Shown here: piece after piece, positions 38,588 to 49,400 of the stretch
Position numbering within the stretch: the stretch's first letter is position 1
Layout of the letters: each line of letters starts with the position of its first letter
Assembly (NCBI GenBank): GCA_012515515.1
Contig: JAAYYE010000013.1
Location: 2,293-66,292 of the forward strand
Direction: 5' to 3'
Origin: Minisyncoccota bacterium
Lineage (GTDB): Bacteria; Patescibacteriota; Microgenomatia; UBA1400; PJMF01
DNA: 64,000 nt
The notes under the pieces: generated by a model
Told to the model about the DNA's origin: nothing
What the model saw: the letters and a program-made list of their open reading frames with translations, nothing else
Databases searched by the model: none
Position numbers and translations under genes: made by a program

Positions 38588-40041
38588 ACTTGTTTACTAG
38601 TTTTGAGGATATTAATCGCGCCTTGATAATAGGAGAGAGGCAACTGTTGCGTATTAAGCATCGCTTGCGCAATCCAAGACATTTGATTGGCCTCATCATC
38701 TGTTAATTGAGGCAGTGGCCTAACACTACTGGTTGGTACGCGGTTGTGAATACTGTGTGAACTCTGTTTTTGACTGAGAGCAATCAATTGCTCAACAATA
38801 TGATCAGTATCAGCTTTTTGACAAATACCAAATTTTTCAAAAACTCGGCGAACATTGTGTTCCCATTCTCCCCATTCTTTCATGCTTAGCAAGGCCGCTC
38901 CAGATAAAGCCGCATCATAAGCCATGTCTCCAGAAGGCTTACTGATAAATAAATCTGCCCAAGAAAAGCCATAACGAATTAGTAATTCATTAGCATCGAT
39001 AATTTGTGGATGATAAATAATGTGAAATTTAACATTATTTTTGAATTGACGCTGCGCCATATTTAGCTCACCAGCTTGGCTAAAATCAGCAGGGTCGTAA
39101 GGACTAATTAAGTGATGCTTAATTTGATGTTTTTTAGCTAGATTAATGGCCATGCGCTGGTGATCAAAGTGAGTACCAGCATAATAAATTATTTCCAATT
39201 TTGGACAATTTGCCTCTGGATTTTTGAGTGCAGGTAAGAGTTGATCAAGAATTTTGTGAATTTCTTGCTTATTGGTGCCCAAACCGCCAGTAGTAATGAG
39301 AATTCTTAAAGCTCGGTCATTGTTCCAAGGCTTTTTCTTTTTGGCGGCGGCGAGGGTGCGAGGATCAACCGGGGGGCCGGTCACCACCACTTTATTTTCG
39401 ATTTGATCGGCAGGGATTTTAATATTTTCCGCCGCCGCCACCCTAAAAAATTCCTCTTTTGTTTCTTGGTCAAAAACCATAAAGCGCATATTACTTTTGG
39501 CCGCGTTTATTACATAATCGCTGCGCACGTGCGGATCGGTAATCATTTGCCAGACTGTTTTGCCATTTTCAGCCAAAATGTTGCCAGTGGCAATATGAAA
39601 AGACAAGATAGGTCGCTCAATATTTTGACTTAAAAACTTGGTGGCTGGCGTGATATTTTCTAAAATGGGTAGTTTGGAGCGAGCAAAACGATCCACTAAG
39701 TCTTTGAGAACTTTTAATAGTGGCTGACGGGCAATAGTCTTGCCAACGTTGTCGGTTAATTTAATAGATTTCCAATCTGCTTGTTTAACGTGATTGGTGG
39801 GATCGACTAGCCAGGCTTTTGTGGCATCGATTTTATTGCCCCAAGCGGACACTGCAACAGCCAGAGCCATCGAGTAGTGCGCTCGAGAAAAAACAATATC
39901 TTGGATTTGGTCGTCTTCTTTTTCGCCATGAAAACCCTTGAGGTCTTCTTTAAAAGTAGCCGAAACGGTAATGATTGGCGTGGCAGTGTTTTCTAATAAT
40001 TTTTTATCCTGATAGAGTAGGGTAAAAGCGTCTTTTTGCAT
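38584..40041 (-). CDS. GT-B fold glycosyltransferase-like protein (MurG/UgtP-like C-terminal half)
   Basis: RILITTGGLGTNKQ resembles the MurG/GT28 (V/I)LV(M/V)GGSQGA motif. Downstream ...ADLFISKPSGDMAYDAALSGAALLSM parallels the MurG C-domain. Confidence 0.4.
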   Translation of the reverse strand: MQKDAFTLLYQDKKLLENTATPIITVSATFKEDLKGFHGEKEDDQIQDIVFSRAHYSMALAVAVSAWGNKIDATKAWLVDPTNHVKQADWKSIKLTDNVGKTIARQPLLKVLKDLVDRFARSKLPILENITPATKFLSQNIERPILSFHIATGNILAENGKTVWQMITDPHVRSDYVINAAKSNMRFMVFDQETKEEFFRVAAAENIKIPADQIENKVVVTGPPVDPRTLAAAKKKKPWNNDRALRILITTGGLGTNKQEIHKILDQLLPALKNPEANCPKLEIIYYAGTHFDHQRMAINLAKKHQIKHHLISPYDPADFSQAGELNMAQRQFKNNVKFHIIYHPQIIDANELLIRYGFSWADLFISKPSGDMAYDAALSGAALLSMKEWGEWEHNVRRVFEKFGICQKADTDHIVEQLIALSQKQSSHSIHNRVPTSSVRPLPQLTDDEANQMSWIAQAMLNTQQLPLSYYQGAINILKTSKQV

Positions 40042-40190
40042 GCATTAAGCCTAACAGCTTTTTATTAAGTGCGCTAGAGTAAGTTTGAAACGGCAGTGTT
40101 TTTGCAAATAATTATTATCCTTGCCAGTTTTGGGTTTTTTCCGCTTTTTATGTTAAAATACTCTAGCAAAAAAAATAACAAGTATTAAAG

Positions 40191-41132
40191 GTGTTTGATA
40201 GCATGAAGAATTGTGAAAATTCTAAGCGCCCCAGTGCTCAAGAAAACAAATCAAGAAAAAAAAAGAAGAGTGCTAGTAGTGGTAGTTCAATGCCACATTG
40301 GTGTATGGAAGCAGCTAGCGCAATAGAAACAAAAAAGCCTCGCACTCAATTGGATAGTCAGCGCCGATCAGCTCAAGAAAAGGTAGTCAAAGGACTTGCC
40401 GAAACTGCACAGACAAAACAAGCTGGTCTAGAATTTTTAGAAGTTCATAATTTACCTAGATATGCAAAAGTAAGTGTGGATTTGGAAAGATTTGTGGAGA
40501 AGCCAGAGCATGTATTTGCTCAGCTACCATCGCCAACTGGTCTTTATTACACCTCTGTCGTTAATCTGGAAACAGGTGCTAGAACTTTTGGTTTAGAGCA
40601 CACTCAAGAAATGGTGAAGGAGTTTATTGCCGAGAAATTAATTAATAAAGAAATTACGCTCAATTCGAAATTGGTATTGTCTGAATATTGGCACAATTAC
40701 TATGGAGGAAATTTAATTATTAGTCGAGATGGCAGAGTATTTGTTGAATTAGTCAAAGGAAAACACGAACAATTAGTGAAGGGAAAAGGTAAGATTTTAA
40801 TGACTGCTGAAACTAATATGCTGATGGGCTTGTTAAAATTTGATGCCACGACAGAGCTGGCTGATCAGGAAGAAACAAAATTGCGTCAGAGCATTCTTGA
40901 TGCCTTAAGTCTAATACCCAAACACTCAGTTGCTCTAACTGAGGGTGTAGTAAAAAGTCGATTTCAAGAACCAGTTGTCAATGATCAAGGAGAGCAGTGT
41001 ACGATGTTGCCTTATGACGGGTACTATGAATTTATTTTGACGAAGGCAAATCCCGATATCGACAACTGGTCTGTTATTTTTTTGGATGCTAGAGTTGGCC
41101 GAGATGCCGACAAGTATCAACTGGCAGAATAG
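40191..41132 (+). CDS. Hypothetical protein with basic low-complexity N-terminus
   Basis: 313-aa ORF. N-terminal KKKKSASSGSS. No recognisable domain. Confidence 0.4.
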   Translation: MFDSMKNCENSKRPSAQENKSRKKKKSASSGSSMPHWCMEAASAIETKKPRTQLDSQRRSAQEKVVKGLAETAQTKQAGLEFLEVHNLPRYAKVSVDLERFVEKPEHVFAQLPSPTGLYYTSVVNLETGARTFGLEHTQEMVKEFIAEKLINKEITLNSKLVLSEYWHNYYGGNLIISRDGRVFVELVKGKHEQLVKGKGKILMTAETNMLMGLLKFDATTELADQEETKLRQSILDALSLIPKHSVALTEGVVKSRFQEPVVNDQGEQCTMLPYDGYYEFILTKANPDIDNWSVIFLDARVGRDADKYQLAE

Positions 41133-41217
41133 ATAGTAGAGTAGAGACTGAAAATATTTCACTAAAGCGAGCGATTAGCTGTTATAATGGTTGCTGTTAA
41201 CATAGCTGTGCCAATAA

Positions 41218-41288
41218 GGGGCGGTAGTTCAATGGTAGAATCAAGGTCTCCAAAACCTTTGATGAGGGTTCGATTCCTTCCCGCCCTG
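41218..41288 (+). tRNA. tRNA-Trp (anticodon CCA)
   Basis: GGGGCGGTAGTTCAATGGTAGAATCAAGGTCTCCAAAACCTTTGATGAGGGTTCGATTCCTTCCCGCCCTG. Anticodon loop CTCCAAA. G1-U72 wobble. Followed by CA. Confidence 0.8.
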
Positions 41289-41328
41289 CAGTCAGTTCCA
41301 AAATCCCGAACAAAACTAATCACTATTT

Positions 41329-41994
41329 TTACTTACTATAAAGGGCAAGTACACAGGGTTTTCTTCCATTGACGTGATGAACAGACTCTGGATTGAGTTC
41401 AAAGCCAAGATCAATCTTTATTTGATGAGAGTAGGCTTGTTTCATAGCTTCTAATTCATTGCCATCACATTTCTTTAAATCTTTTAAAAATTTTTGATAT
41501 GTGTCAGACCCAGATTCAAAGTCTGCCAATATATGTGTGAAATTTTTTTGCCCATTGAGGCACTGAAAAGACCAGGGGATAAATTTTTGGGCTCGAAAAG
41601 CTGGATGGTGTACTCCGTTAATTTTGGTAGTAATATTAAAACTAAGTACACGACTTGAGTGTTTTATTTTTTGTGTAAAAGATGCATTTTTGAGATTAAA
41701 TACATGTTTTAAATACCCCGGGTTATGTTCTACAGCTTCCATTGTGTATTTACCGTCTTTTGAGACTAATCGCAAAACTTGTTTGTAAACACCTGGTTCT
41801 GGGCGTCTAGATAATTGTAGTTCGAAGTACTTGCTTTGATTTTCTTGATCAACCACCTCCACTTTAAAATTAGCTGACATATTCATTGGCATCTCTTTGA
41901 CTAATTGTGGGTCTAAATTACAGGCATCGCCCTGAACAATTTTACCGTGGATGGGCAGATAAAGGCCATTTTGCCTTTCTCGATCTTTGAACAT
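41329..41994 (-). CDS. Hypothetical protein
   Basis: 221-aa ORF with coding-like composition. No recognisable motif. Confidence 0.4.
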   Translation of the reverse strand: MFKDRERQNGLYLPIHGKIVQGDACNLDPQLVKEMPMNMSANFKVEVVDQENQSKYFELQLSRRPEPGVYKQVLRLVSKDGKYTMEAVEHNPGYLKHVFNLKNASFTQKIKHSSRVLSFNITTKINGVHHPAFRAQKFIPWSFQCLNGQKNFTHILADFESGSDTYQKFLKDLKKCDGNELEAMKQAYSHQIKIDLGFELNPESVHHVNGRKPCVLALYSK

Positions 41995-42014
41995 GAGCGT
42001 ATTTTAGCAGAAAT

Positions 42015-44012
42015 TTAATCGCCAGGATGATATCCTGGCTCAATGTTTTGTTGGGCAGTTTCGGCTCTCAAATTTTGACCAAATTTTGTTGTTGCGGGTT
42101 TTAAATCAATTAAGCCCACCAGTTCGTGAGTAAGATTGCCTGACCACAAAGCTCCTAGATCTGTTCGACCCTTTTTTTTGTACAAAGCAGCTAAAGCTTT
42201 AATGTTTTCTAAAATGCGTCGGCCAATTAGCTTGTAAGCTTCAAGTGGGCTGTTGGCACTTATCAATGATTGAATATAATTTTGAAACTCCTGTTCATTG
42301 TATTGTGGCGAGCCAATTAGTTCGTGAAATTTTAATAAGGAAATAAACCAATCTTGTTTATATGCTCCCCACTGGTCTTCAAAACTTATGTTTCGTAACA
42401 GCTCGGTGGCTTGTCTTTCCAGCCACGAGATGGCCATGATGTGATTTGGCTCAATGCCGATCACTTTTTCCTCCATCATTGTGCTTAATTCTTGGTTTAG
42501 ATAGTTGATTGCGTTTGCCAAGACCTCTTTATTGCTCAAAACTCCATTTATTTTAGCTTGTTCTAGTGTTTGCAATTGTTGGTTTAATTCTTTGTCAGAG
42601 GTTGTGGGTGGGAAGTCTGATACCGGTTTGGTGTTTTCTGCCAATCTTCTCAGGACATCAATAGGTTTTACTTTTTTTCTACTTGCGTTTCTTTCTTCAA
42701 TTTCCATTTCATATTTTTCTTTGTTAAACAACAGCTGGATTCGTTCTGCTGAATTAAAATAATCAGCTTTGGGAATTACTTGTTCTAATTGAGATTTATC
42801 ATTAGTATCGTAATAATGAAGCATTGAGGTAATCAGCTCATTCACGTAAGGGCGTTGGTCGTGGATGCAGTCTCGTAAGATACCAAATGGTTTTGCCATT
42901 ATTAGGCCGTCTAATCGATTTTGCTCCAATTTAGCCAAACTTGTGGCTGGGACCTCCCTAGCTGCAAGTAATAATTCATTGAGATTTTCAGAAGATACTT
43001 GACTGGCATAAGCGTGACAAAGATAATCGCCAACCCCAAAATCTCCACGCCTCATTCCCCAAATATTGCCACTTTTTAAAAGAATTTCGACCTGAGGATC
43101 ATTATTTTGCATTGCGGGAAGCAAGCGATCTATTAATCCTCGTAATTTTTCTGCCGTTAAATCATGATTTCTGGTATAACTTGATATTGCCTCAGCAAAC
43201 TTTGCTCCAATATCTCTATCAAAATAATTAGCAACTTCTTTGTAAATCTGTAGCATTAATTTGATTTGATCTGGATTATTAGAGTATAGACCGGATTGAG
43301 TGGCGCCACTCATAAAATTTTTGTCCAACTCATCTTTTGGTCGTTGAGCTGTAACTAGATAATGATGTTCATAAAGCTCAGAAAAGGCATTAAAAAAATT
43401 GATAAATTCTTCAGGTTTTTTTGCAGTTGGGCGTGAGTATCTATTAGACCCAGATATTTCAATTAAAACTTTTTGAAAATCTTGCACCCTTTCTTGAGCC
43501 GTTGGCTCATCTATTTCGCTCATAAATTTTGATTTCCATTGGCTCGCTAAGGATTGGTTAAATTTTGCTTGATCTGCAGTAGCACAAACCCCCGTCCACT
43601 GCCTCATGTTTGCAGGGGTTAATTCGCTTTGAGAAGGAAGAATGCTGATGCTTAAGTCGCGAAGCGCTGTAATATATTCAGCAAAATCTTGATCAGAAAT
43701 TTCTTTTTGAGTAATGTTGAAAATTAAATTTTGTTTATCACGTTTAGTTTTAGACAGCCTTAAACTTGCTTCTTCTTTTTCTTTTTCATCAAGTTGATCG
43801 ACTGGCTTTTGCTGATTGTGTGCAATTTCTTCGTATTGTTGCTCTAAAGTTTTGTCAGGAAAAATAGCATCCACCTGTGGTTGAACGATTGCTGTCCGCA
43901 ATTGAGTCTCTTCTAGAATTTTAAGATCTTCAGCGGTCCATTGAAATAATGTTTCTTTATCGTTATTATTATTAGTTGGTTGGGGTTTAGCTGTTTCTGC
44001 TGGTTGTTGCAT
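42015..44012 (-). CDS. Hypothetical large protein (665 aa)
   Basis: Long ORF 20 nt upstream of the 41329..41994 ORF, in the same orientation. No motif recognised. Confidence 0.45.
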   Translation of the reverse strand: MQQPAETAKPQPTNNNNDKETLFQWTAEDLKILEETQLRTAIVQPQVDAIFPDKTLEQQYEEIAHNQQKPVDQLDEKEKEEASLRLSKTKRDKQNLIFNITQKEISDQDFAEYITALRDLSISILPSQSELTPANMRQWTGVCATADQAKFNQSLASQWKSKFMSEIDEPTAQERVQDFQKVLIEISGSNRYSRPTAKKPEEFINFFNAFSELYEHHYLVTAQRPKDELDKNFMSGATQSGLYSNNPDQIKLMLQIYKEVANYFDRDIGAKFAEAISSYTRNHDLTAEKLRGLIDRLLPAMQNNDPQVEILLKSGNIWGMRRGDFGVGDYLCHAYASQVSSENLNELLLAAREVPATSLAKLEQNRLDGLIMAKPFGILRDCIHDQRPYVNELITSMLHYYDTNDKSQLEQVIPKADYFNSAERIQLLFNKEKYEMEIEERNASRKKVKPIDVLRRLAENTKPVSDFPPTTSDKELNQQLQTLEQAKINGVLSNKEVLANAINYLNQELSTMMEEKVIGIEPNHIMAISWLERQATELLRNISFEDQWGAYKQDWFISLLKFHELIGSPQYNEQEFQNYIQSLISANSPLEAYKLIGRRILENIKALAALYKKKGRTDLGALWSGNLTHELVGLIDLKPATTKFGQNLRAETAQQNIEPGYHPGD

Positions 44013-44175
44013 ATTTTTGTCTCTAAATTAGTGTAATAAATATTAAGATAAATGTAAAATAATGTATAAATAATAAATCTACTTGTTGTCCTAGACAATC
44101 AATATAAGTTCCAACATCTTTCACCAATCCCCACCATTTACTTAAAATCTGTAAAAACAGTGTAAAATTATCCTC

Positions 44176-44397
44176 ATGAGGATTACCGTCAATGTTCACC
44201 CCAACTCTAAGAGACCAAGAATAGAAAAAGATCTGTTGGGAATATTACGTGTTTATGTTATTCAACCACCTTTGCAAGGAAGAGCTAACAAAGCTGCTAT
44301 CGAGGCATTGGCTAAGCATTTTAAGACCAAAAAAAGCAGTATTTATCTAATATCTGGTATGAAATCAAAGATTAAAGTTTTTGAGGTGGGGGATTAA
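44176..44397 (+). CDS. DUF167 (YggU-like) small protein
   Basis: ...NVHPNSKRPRIEKDLLGILRVYVIQPPLQGRANKAAIEALAKHF... resembles the YggU/DUF167 family. 1-nt overlap (TAATG) with the next gene. Confidence 0.55.
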   Translation: MRITVNVHPNSKRPRIEKDLLGILRVYVIQPPLQGRANKAAIEALAKHFKTKKSSIYLISGMKSKIKVFEVGD

Positions 44398-45995
44398 TGG
44401 ATAAAAAATATAACTATTCAGCAATTTTTTGGGTATTAATTTTTGTATTAGCTTTGTCTCTTCGCTATTGGTATAGCAGCACCGAGCTGTGTTTTTATAC
44501 TGATCAGTCTAGAGATGCCATTGTTGTTAAGCAGATTATTCAGGGGGAGTGGAAACTATTTGGCCCCGTTGTTAATGGGCGCGGTGCAGTTTTTCATGGA
44601 GTACTATATTATTATCTAATAGCTCCGCTTTATGCTCTTGGAGGCGGAAACCCCCTTTTTGTAAGTATTGCACTTTCTTTGATCAGCACAATTGCTTTAA
44701 TTCCAACTTATTTTTTAGCAAAGGAAATTTTAAAAAGCAAAACACTGGCTTTTATCGTTATTGCTTTAATAAGTGTTTCCTTCACTAGTATTGAAACTAG
44801 TGCTTCGTTTTGGAACTTACAATTATCAATAATTTTCTTACCGATCTATTGTTTGTTCTTGCTGAAAATGTATAAAGAAATGAATGTTAAACACAGTCTT
44901 CTTGCTGGTTTAATGCTCGGCTTACTTATCCAATCAGGTTTTTCAAACATTCAATGGTTGTTGCCATACGCTGTAGTGATTGTTCTGTTGTTTTTTAAAC
45001 AAAAAGCGAAAGGCAAATATATCAAAAATTTGTTAATCAGCTTGCTTGGTCTGGGAATTACTACATCTTCGATGATTCTTGTTGAAATTTTAGCCTGGAA
45101 AAGAGGCTTATTTGCTTTGGAAGACTCTCTGCATTGGCTTACTGGAGCTGGTTTTTCACTGCAAAATTTTCAAGCAACTTTAATTTGGTGTTTTAATAGC
45201 ATAAATAATTTTCTCATACCGCAATTTCCTTTTATTACATTAGCAATAATCTTAATAGCAATTCTAGTAATTTTTATTTCAAGAAAAGATAGATCTTGGT
45301 TTTGTTTGGGACTTTTGTTGCTGACGCCAATTGCCGGCCAATTGGCCAGTAACGGTGCTGCATCATATATTTTAACTGGTTATGAAAGTATTTTTTATAT
45401 TTTTATAGTCTTAATTTTTTATAAAGTAATTAGATTCTTAGAAAAAAATACTTCTTTCAAGAATCAAACTGTGCTGTTATGTCTAATATTTACGATTTTT
45501 ATGATCAGCAACATCGCTATGTTACAAAAAGATAAAATTAGTAATAACACTCTTACCTGCATGTTGGAAAGCACTAGCCTAGAGGAACTCCAAGCAATTG
45601 ATTATACTTACCAGCAGGCTAATGGCGAAGCATTTTCGATTGATGTTGTGGCAGAGCCATATGGAATTAATACAAAATATGGCTATTTATATTCTTGGTA
45701 TGGGAAGAATAAATACGGTTATACACCTATGTTCAGTGGTGGATCACAAGATGGTTATATTGGGGAGGGCTTACTAGAAGAAGTGGACAGACACTCTCAG
45801 ATACATTTTATAATATACGAGCCAGGCACGTACAATTATTGGTTCCGAATAAGAACAGCTGATGAGCCAGCTACTAGAGAATCTTTAGAATTGTTTTATT
45901 ATCGCCAACCACCCATAGAATACCTGCAAGAAAACAAAGAATTTGGGGATCTTATTAAAGTTGATTATTATTTACTTCCTAAAGATGCTGATTAA
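44397..45995 (+). CDS. Polytopic membrane protein, possible GT-C (ArnT/PMT-like) glycosyltransferase
   Basis: About 11 hydrophobic segments in the first 400 aa followed by a soluble C-terminal domain. Architecture typical of GT-C. No decisive motif. Confidence 0.4.
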   Translation: MDKKYNYSAIFWVLIFVLALSLRYWYSSTELCFYTDQSRDAIVVKQIIQGEWKLFGPVVNGRGAVFHGVLYYYLIAPLYALGGGNPLFVSIALSLISTIALIPTYFLAKEILKSKTLAFIVIALISVSFTSIETSASFWNLQLSIIFLPIYCLFLLKMYKEMNVKHSLLAGLMLGLLIQSGFSNIQWLLPYAVVIVLLFFKQKAKGKYIKNLLISLLGLGITTSSMILVEILAWKRGLFALEDSLHWLTGAGFSLQNFQATLIWCFNSINNFLIPQFPFITLAIILIAILVIFISRKDRSWFCLGLLLLTPIAGQLASNGAASYILTGYESIFYIFIVLIFYKVIRFLEKNTSFKNQTVLLCLIFTIFMISNIAMLQKDKISNNTLTCMLESTSLEELQAIDYTYQQANGEAFSIDVVAEPYGINTKYGYLYSWYGKNKYGYTPMFSGGSQDGYIGEGLLEEVDRHSQIHFIIYEPGTYNYWFRIRTADEPATRESLELFYYRQPPIEYLQENKEFGDLIKVDYYLLPKDAD

Positions 45996-46073
45996 GTAAT
46001 TAGAATCTTTATTAACTCGCTGACCTTCAACTTCTCTTTTTACAAAGCTGATAACTTTTGATATAGTAGCCAC

Positions 46074-46343
46074 ATGAAAATTGAGACAGCTAAAAACATT
46101 TTAACTAAGTACGGTTGCCAAGTTCCCAAGGATTGCCAAGAAGCTAAAGCAATTTTGGATAAATATAGCAATGGAGAAATTGATTTTTGTGGCGATGGAA
46201 TTAACCAGCAAGCTGTTAGAGAAATTTATAATGCACTTAGCATAATTTTATGTTCTGAAATGGGTAAAGAAAATCGACCCGATCCAAAGCGAAAGGATCG
46301 CAAGGCTGCTGAGGAAAGAAAAAAACGCTTAAATATTCGCTAA
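46074..46343 (+). CDS. Hypothetical small protein with basic C-terminal tail
   Basis: 89-aa ORF. C-terminal RPDPKRKDRKAAEERKKRLNIR. Convergent with the giant gene. Confidence 0.3.
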   Translation: MKIETAKNILTKYGCQVPKDCQEAKAILDKYSNGEIDFCGDGINQQAVREIYNALSIILCSEMGKENRPDPKRKDRKAAEERKKRLNIR

Positions 46344-46357
46344 GTAAATTATTCTAA

Positions 46358-46407
46358 TGGTTTTATTGTTTCTCCCAAACAATTGGTTTTATTGTTGTTC
46401 CCAAACA
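46358..46407. repeat. Tandem pair of 25-nt hairpin-forming repeats between convergent genes (probable bidirectional terminator). Second copy overlaps the giant gene stop.
   Basis: GGTTTTATTGTTTCTCCCAAACAAT and GGTTTTATTGTTGTTCCCAAACAAT. Each contains ATTGTTT...AAACAAT inverted arms. Confidence 0.45.
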
Positions 46408-49400
46408 ATATTCATATCTTTGAGTTTGTAATTGGGACTATAAGAAAATATTTTTTCTTCTTCAAAACTAAAGGCTTTATTTATTTGCCGTACCCTTTCG
46501 TCCATAGCTTTTTCAAATTTTCCTCCGGTACGATTGGTTCTAATTGCTCCATTTTTTGATAATAAAATTTTATTAAAACCATTGTTTTTAGCAAAAGTTT
46601 CCAAAACTTTCATCAAGCCATTAAACATCGATGCTTCATCTGTAGAGTAGAGGAAAGTGCTAGAAGGATTTAGGGAAGCGCTGAGCACTTTTTCTCCTTT
46701 TTCCTCAAAATGATGTAGCAATACTAATCCAAGACAGCGATTAGTATCGGGATCTTGTAAAACGAGCTGAAAATAGTTCTCACTATCCCACATGTTTGGT
46801 TTTTGTTGTTCTGGACTTTGATTGGCAAGGGGGTTGTCTTGGCTTACACAAACTCCGCCCACCATTCTGGCATTAGCACTTTCCTTAGTTTTGGAAAAGA
46901 AGCCATTGATTACTTGTCTTTGTTTACCAGATTCGCTTTCAAATTTTGCCAACTCAGTTTCTAGCAGATTTTGTTCATCGGCAAATAAATTGACAAATCT
47001 TAAAGCAGTCAGGGCTTGAAATTGTTCTTCGTCATATTCGCCAGTATCGATTTTGGCTAAAGAAAGGGCTAAATCTTCCAAACTAGTATCGCCTAAACGA
47101 AATTCTTGCAAATTTAGGGAGTTTCCAGTTAGAGTTTCAACGGCCTCCATAGTTTTAGTTCTTTGAGCTTTGACCTGCCCATAAAATGCCCTAGTGCTGC
47201 TTTTTTCTGAAGTGCTATCAACACTTAAACCTTGAGTTAAATTTTCATAATAAAGAATTAATTTTTTGATAGTTTCCGGTGGATATTTTTTACCCATTCT
47301 TTTTTCGATAGTGCGACTGATTTGTGCAATAAAGCTGTCACTCATTCCCAAACGGTCAAGTCTAAACCTATTACTTTGATCACTCAGTTTTGCTTGAGCC
47401 TGTTCTTGAACAATTTTTGCAAAATATTCTTGCATTCTCTCTTTTAGCACTTGGTTTTCCCATCCAGCTTTGACTAAACGCCGATTGACCTCCTTAATCC
47501 GATCAGTAAAAAAACTGTGTAATTCACACATTAGGGCATATTCTTGATTGGAAGCTTGACTAACTCGATCAGTAGTGCCTTGGATGTAATCTCTAACATC
47601 TTCAAACAAAGCAAATTCATAACGCAAAATTAAGTCTTTTAACTCCTGATGGGGGACGGTTTTATCGGTATAAACAGAATCAGCTAAAAGAATAAACATT
47701 TTTTCGTCTAAAGTGTTTAATTGTTTAAGATCAAGATTTTTTAAACCACCCGCAGCCAATTTGTTTTCTAACAATGCATCAACTTTTTCTTCCAACTCTG
47801 TTTGAATTTTTTCTAAATCAAAGCTACTGGCTTTCATTTCCTCTGCCAAAGTTAAAATAGGTTTTTTCAGAGACTCAATAGCTGGCTCATTGATTACTTC
47901 ACCTTCTTTGACTTTAATTTTTGCCGCTGCCAACAAATCAATTTCATATTTTTGATCATAAGTAAACTGAGTTAAATCGGCAGTTCTGTCAACACAAGCT
48001 TTAGTTTTTGCCAAACCTCCCCAGTTTCCAGCATTATTAGGATAAACCGCTTTGAGCAGGTCATTGTAAAAGAGTTTTTGTCTATCTTGTTCAGGAATCG
48101 GTTCCGAGCTGATCATTTGGCTGCCTAGTTGTTGTAATTCTGCAACATAAGCCTCTTCTAAATTTCTCGCTTCAGCTTTTAAATAACCTTCAGCAATTGT
48201 TGGACTTAAAACTCTAAATTTTTGTGTAAAATTTAAAATTTTATTTCTATTTTCACTAGTAATGATACCTGCTTTTATACAAATCACATATTCGTCCAGA
48301 ATAGTTAAAGTTTTTTTACCATGAATCCCAATAAACCTGCTTAAAAATTTTAAATCTTCAGCATTGTTGGCAATATCTTTACCGTGATTAAAGATAAATA
48401 GTCTGAGACTTGCTTGGTCTTTATTAAAAAGATGGGGTAGAATTTTTATATAATCATAAGAAAGTTCGGGTTGAATTTGTCCTTGGCCAACTGCTTGTAA
48501 AACTTCCATGGAAATTTCCTGATCAGAATTGTTTTCAAGACATGTCTGATAAAATTTTGTTAAAAATTGTAGGCCCTCGTCGCTGACAAAATCAAATTTT
48601 GGACTACTTATGAGTATCAAGTGATCTTTATTTAGTAATTTAGGAGCATGTTCATAAAAATTTAAGGCGTTATTTTTAGAAAGTTTGCCATCCACCACAC
48701 TAGATAAAATTTTAACTAATGCTTCAGCATTGCTTGCTTGTGTACTGTCGCCATACTTGTCATCAAACTTTTGATAAAAATCCATACCTGATTTATTAAA
48801 AAAATATGGCAGTTTGTGTTGGAAAAATTGAAACTTCCGCCAATTCTTATTATTATTTAAACAAGGATATGAGTCATAAGCGTCAGCAAGAAAGTTTAAG
48901 TCTTCGATAGAGACCGAGTGCTTTCCACCACAGCTACCCACAATACCTATGAAGTCATAAGAAGTTAAAAACGAGAGTTTTTTTGGATTATCCTGATTTT
49001 TTTCCCACAACTCTGTTAAATATAGGAAAGTTCTAAGATTAGTTAATAAATCTAAATATTTATCACTTTGAGGATCGGCATTATTCAAGTTCTTTAAAAT
49101 ATTTCTAAATATATCTTCCCAATTTAGTAAATTCATTCTAATCTCATGGGCTTCTATTATTGATTCTAGATTGTCGTCATCAACTTGACTAAGTGTCAAC
49201 ACAAGATTGGATGCTCGTTGATAAGCCAAAACATCTTCTTGGCTAAGAATACCCTTAGTAAACGTTTCAGCAACTAGCGTATCATTGGTTAAAGAGTTTC
49301 GAGCCATTGTTCTTAAGCGATCGTCCTCAGATTTATCATCATAAATTCGTTTAGCTAATTGCGAGCTTGTTTCTTTAATATTTGGGTAGTTTTCGTATTC

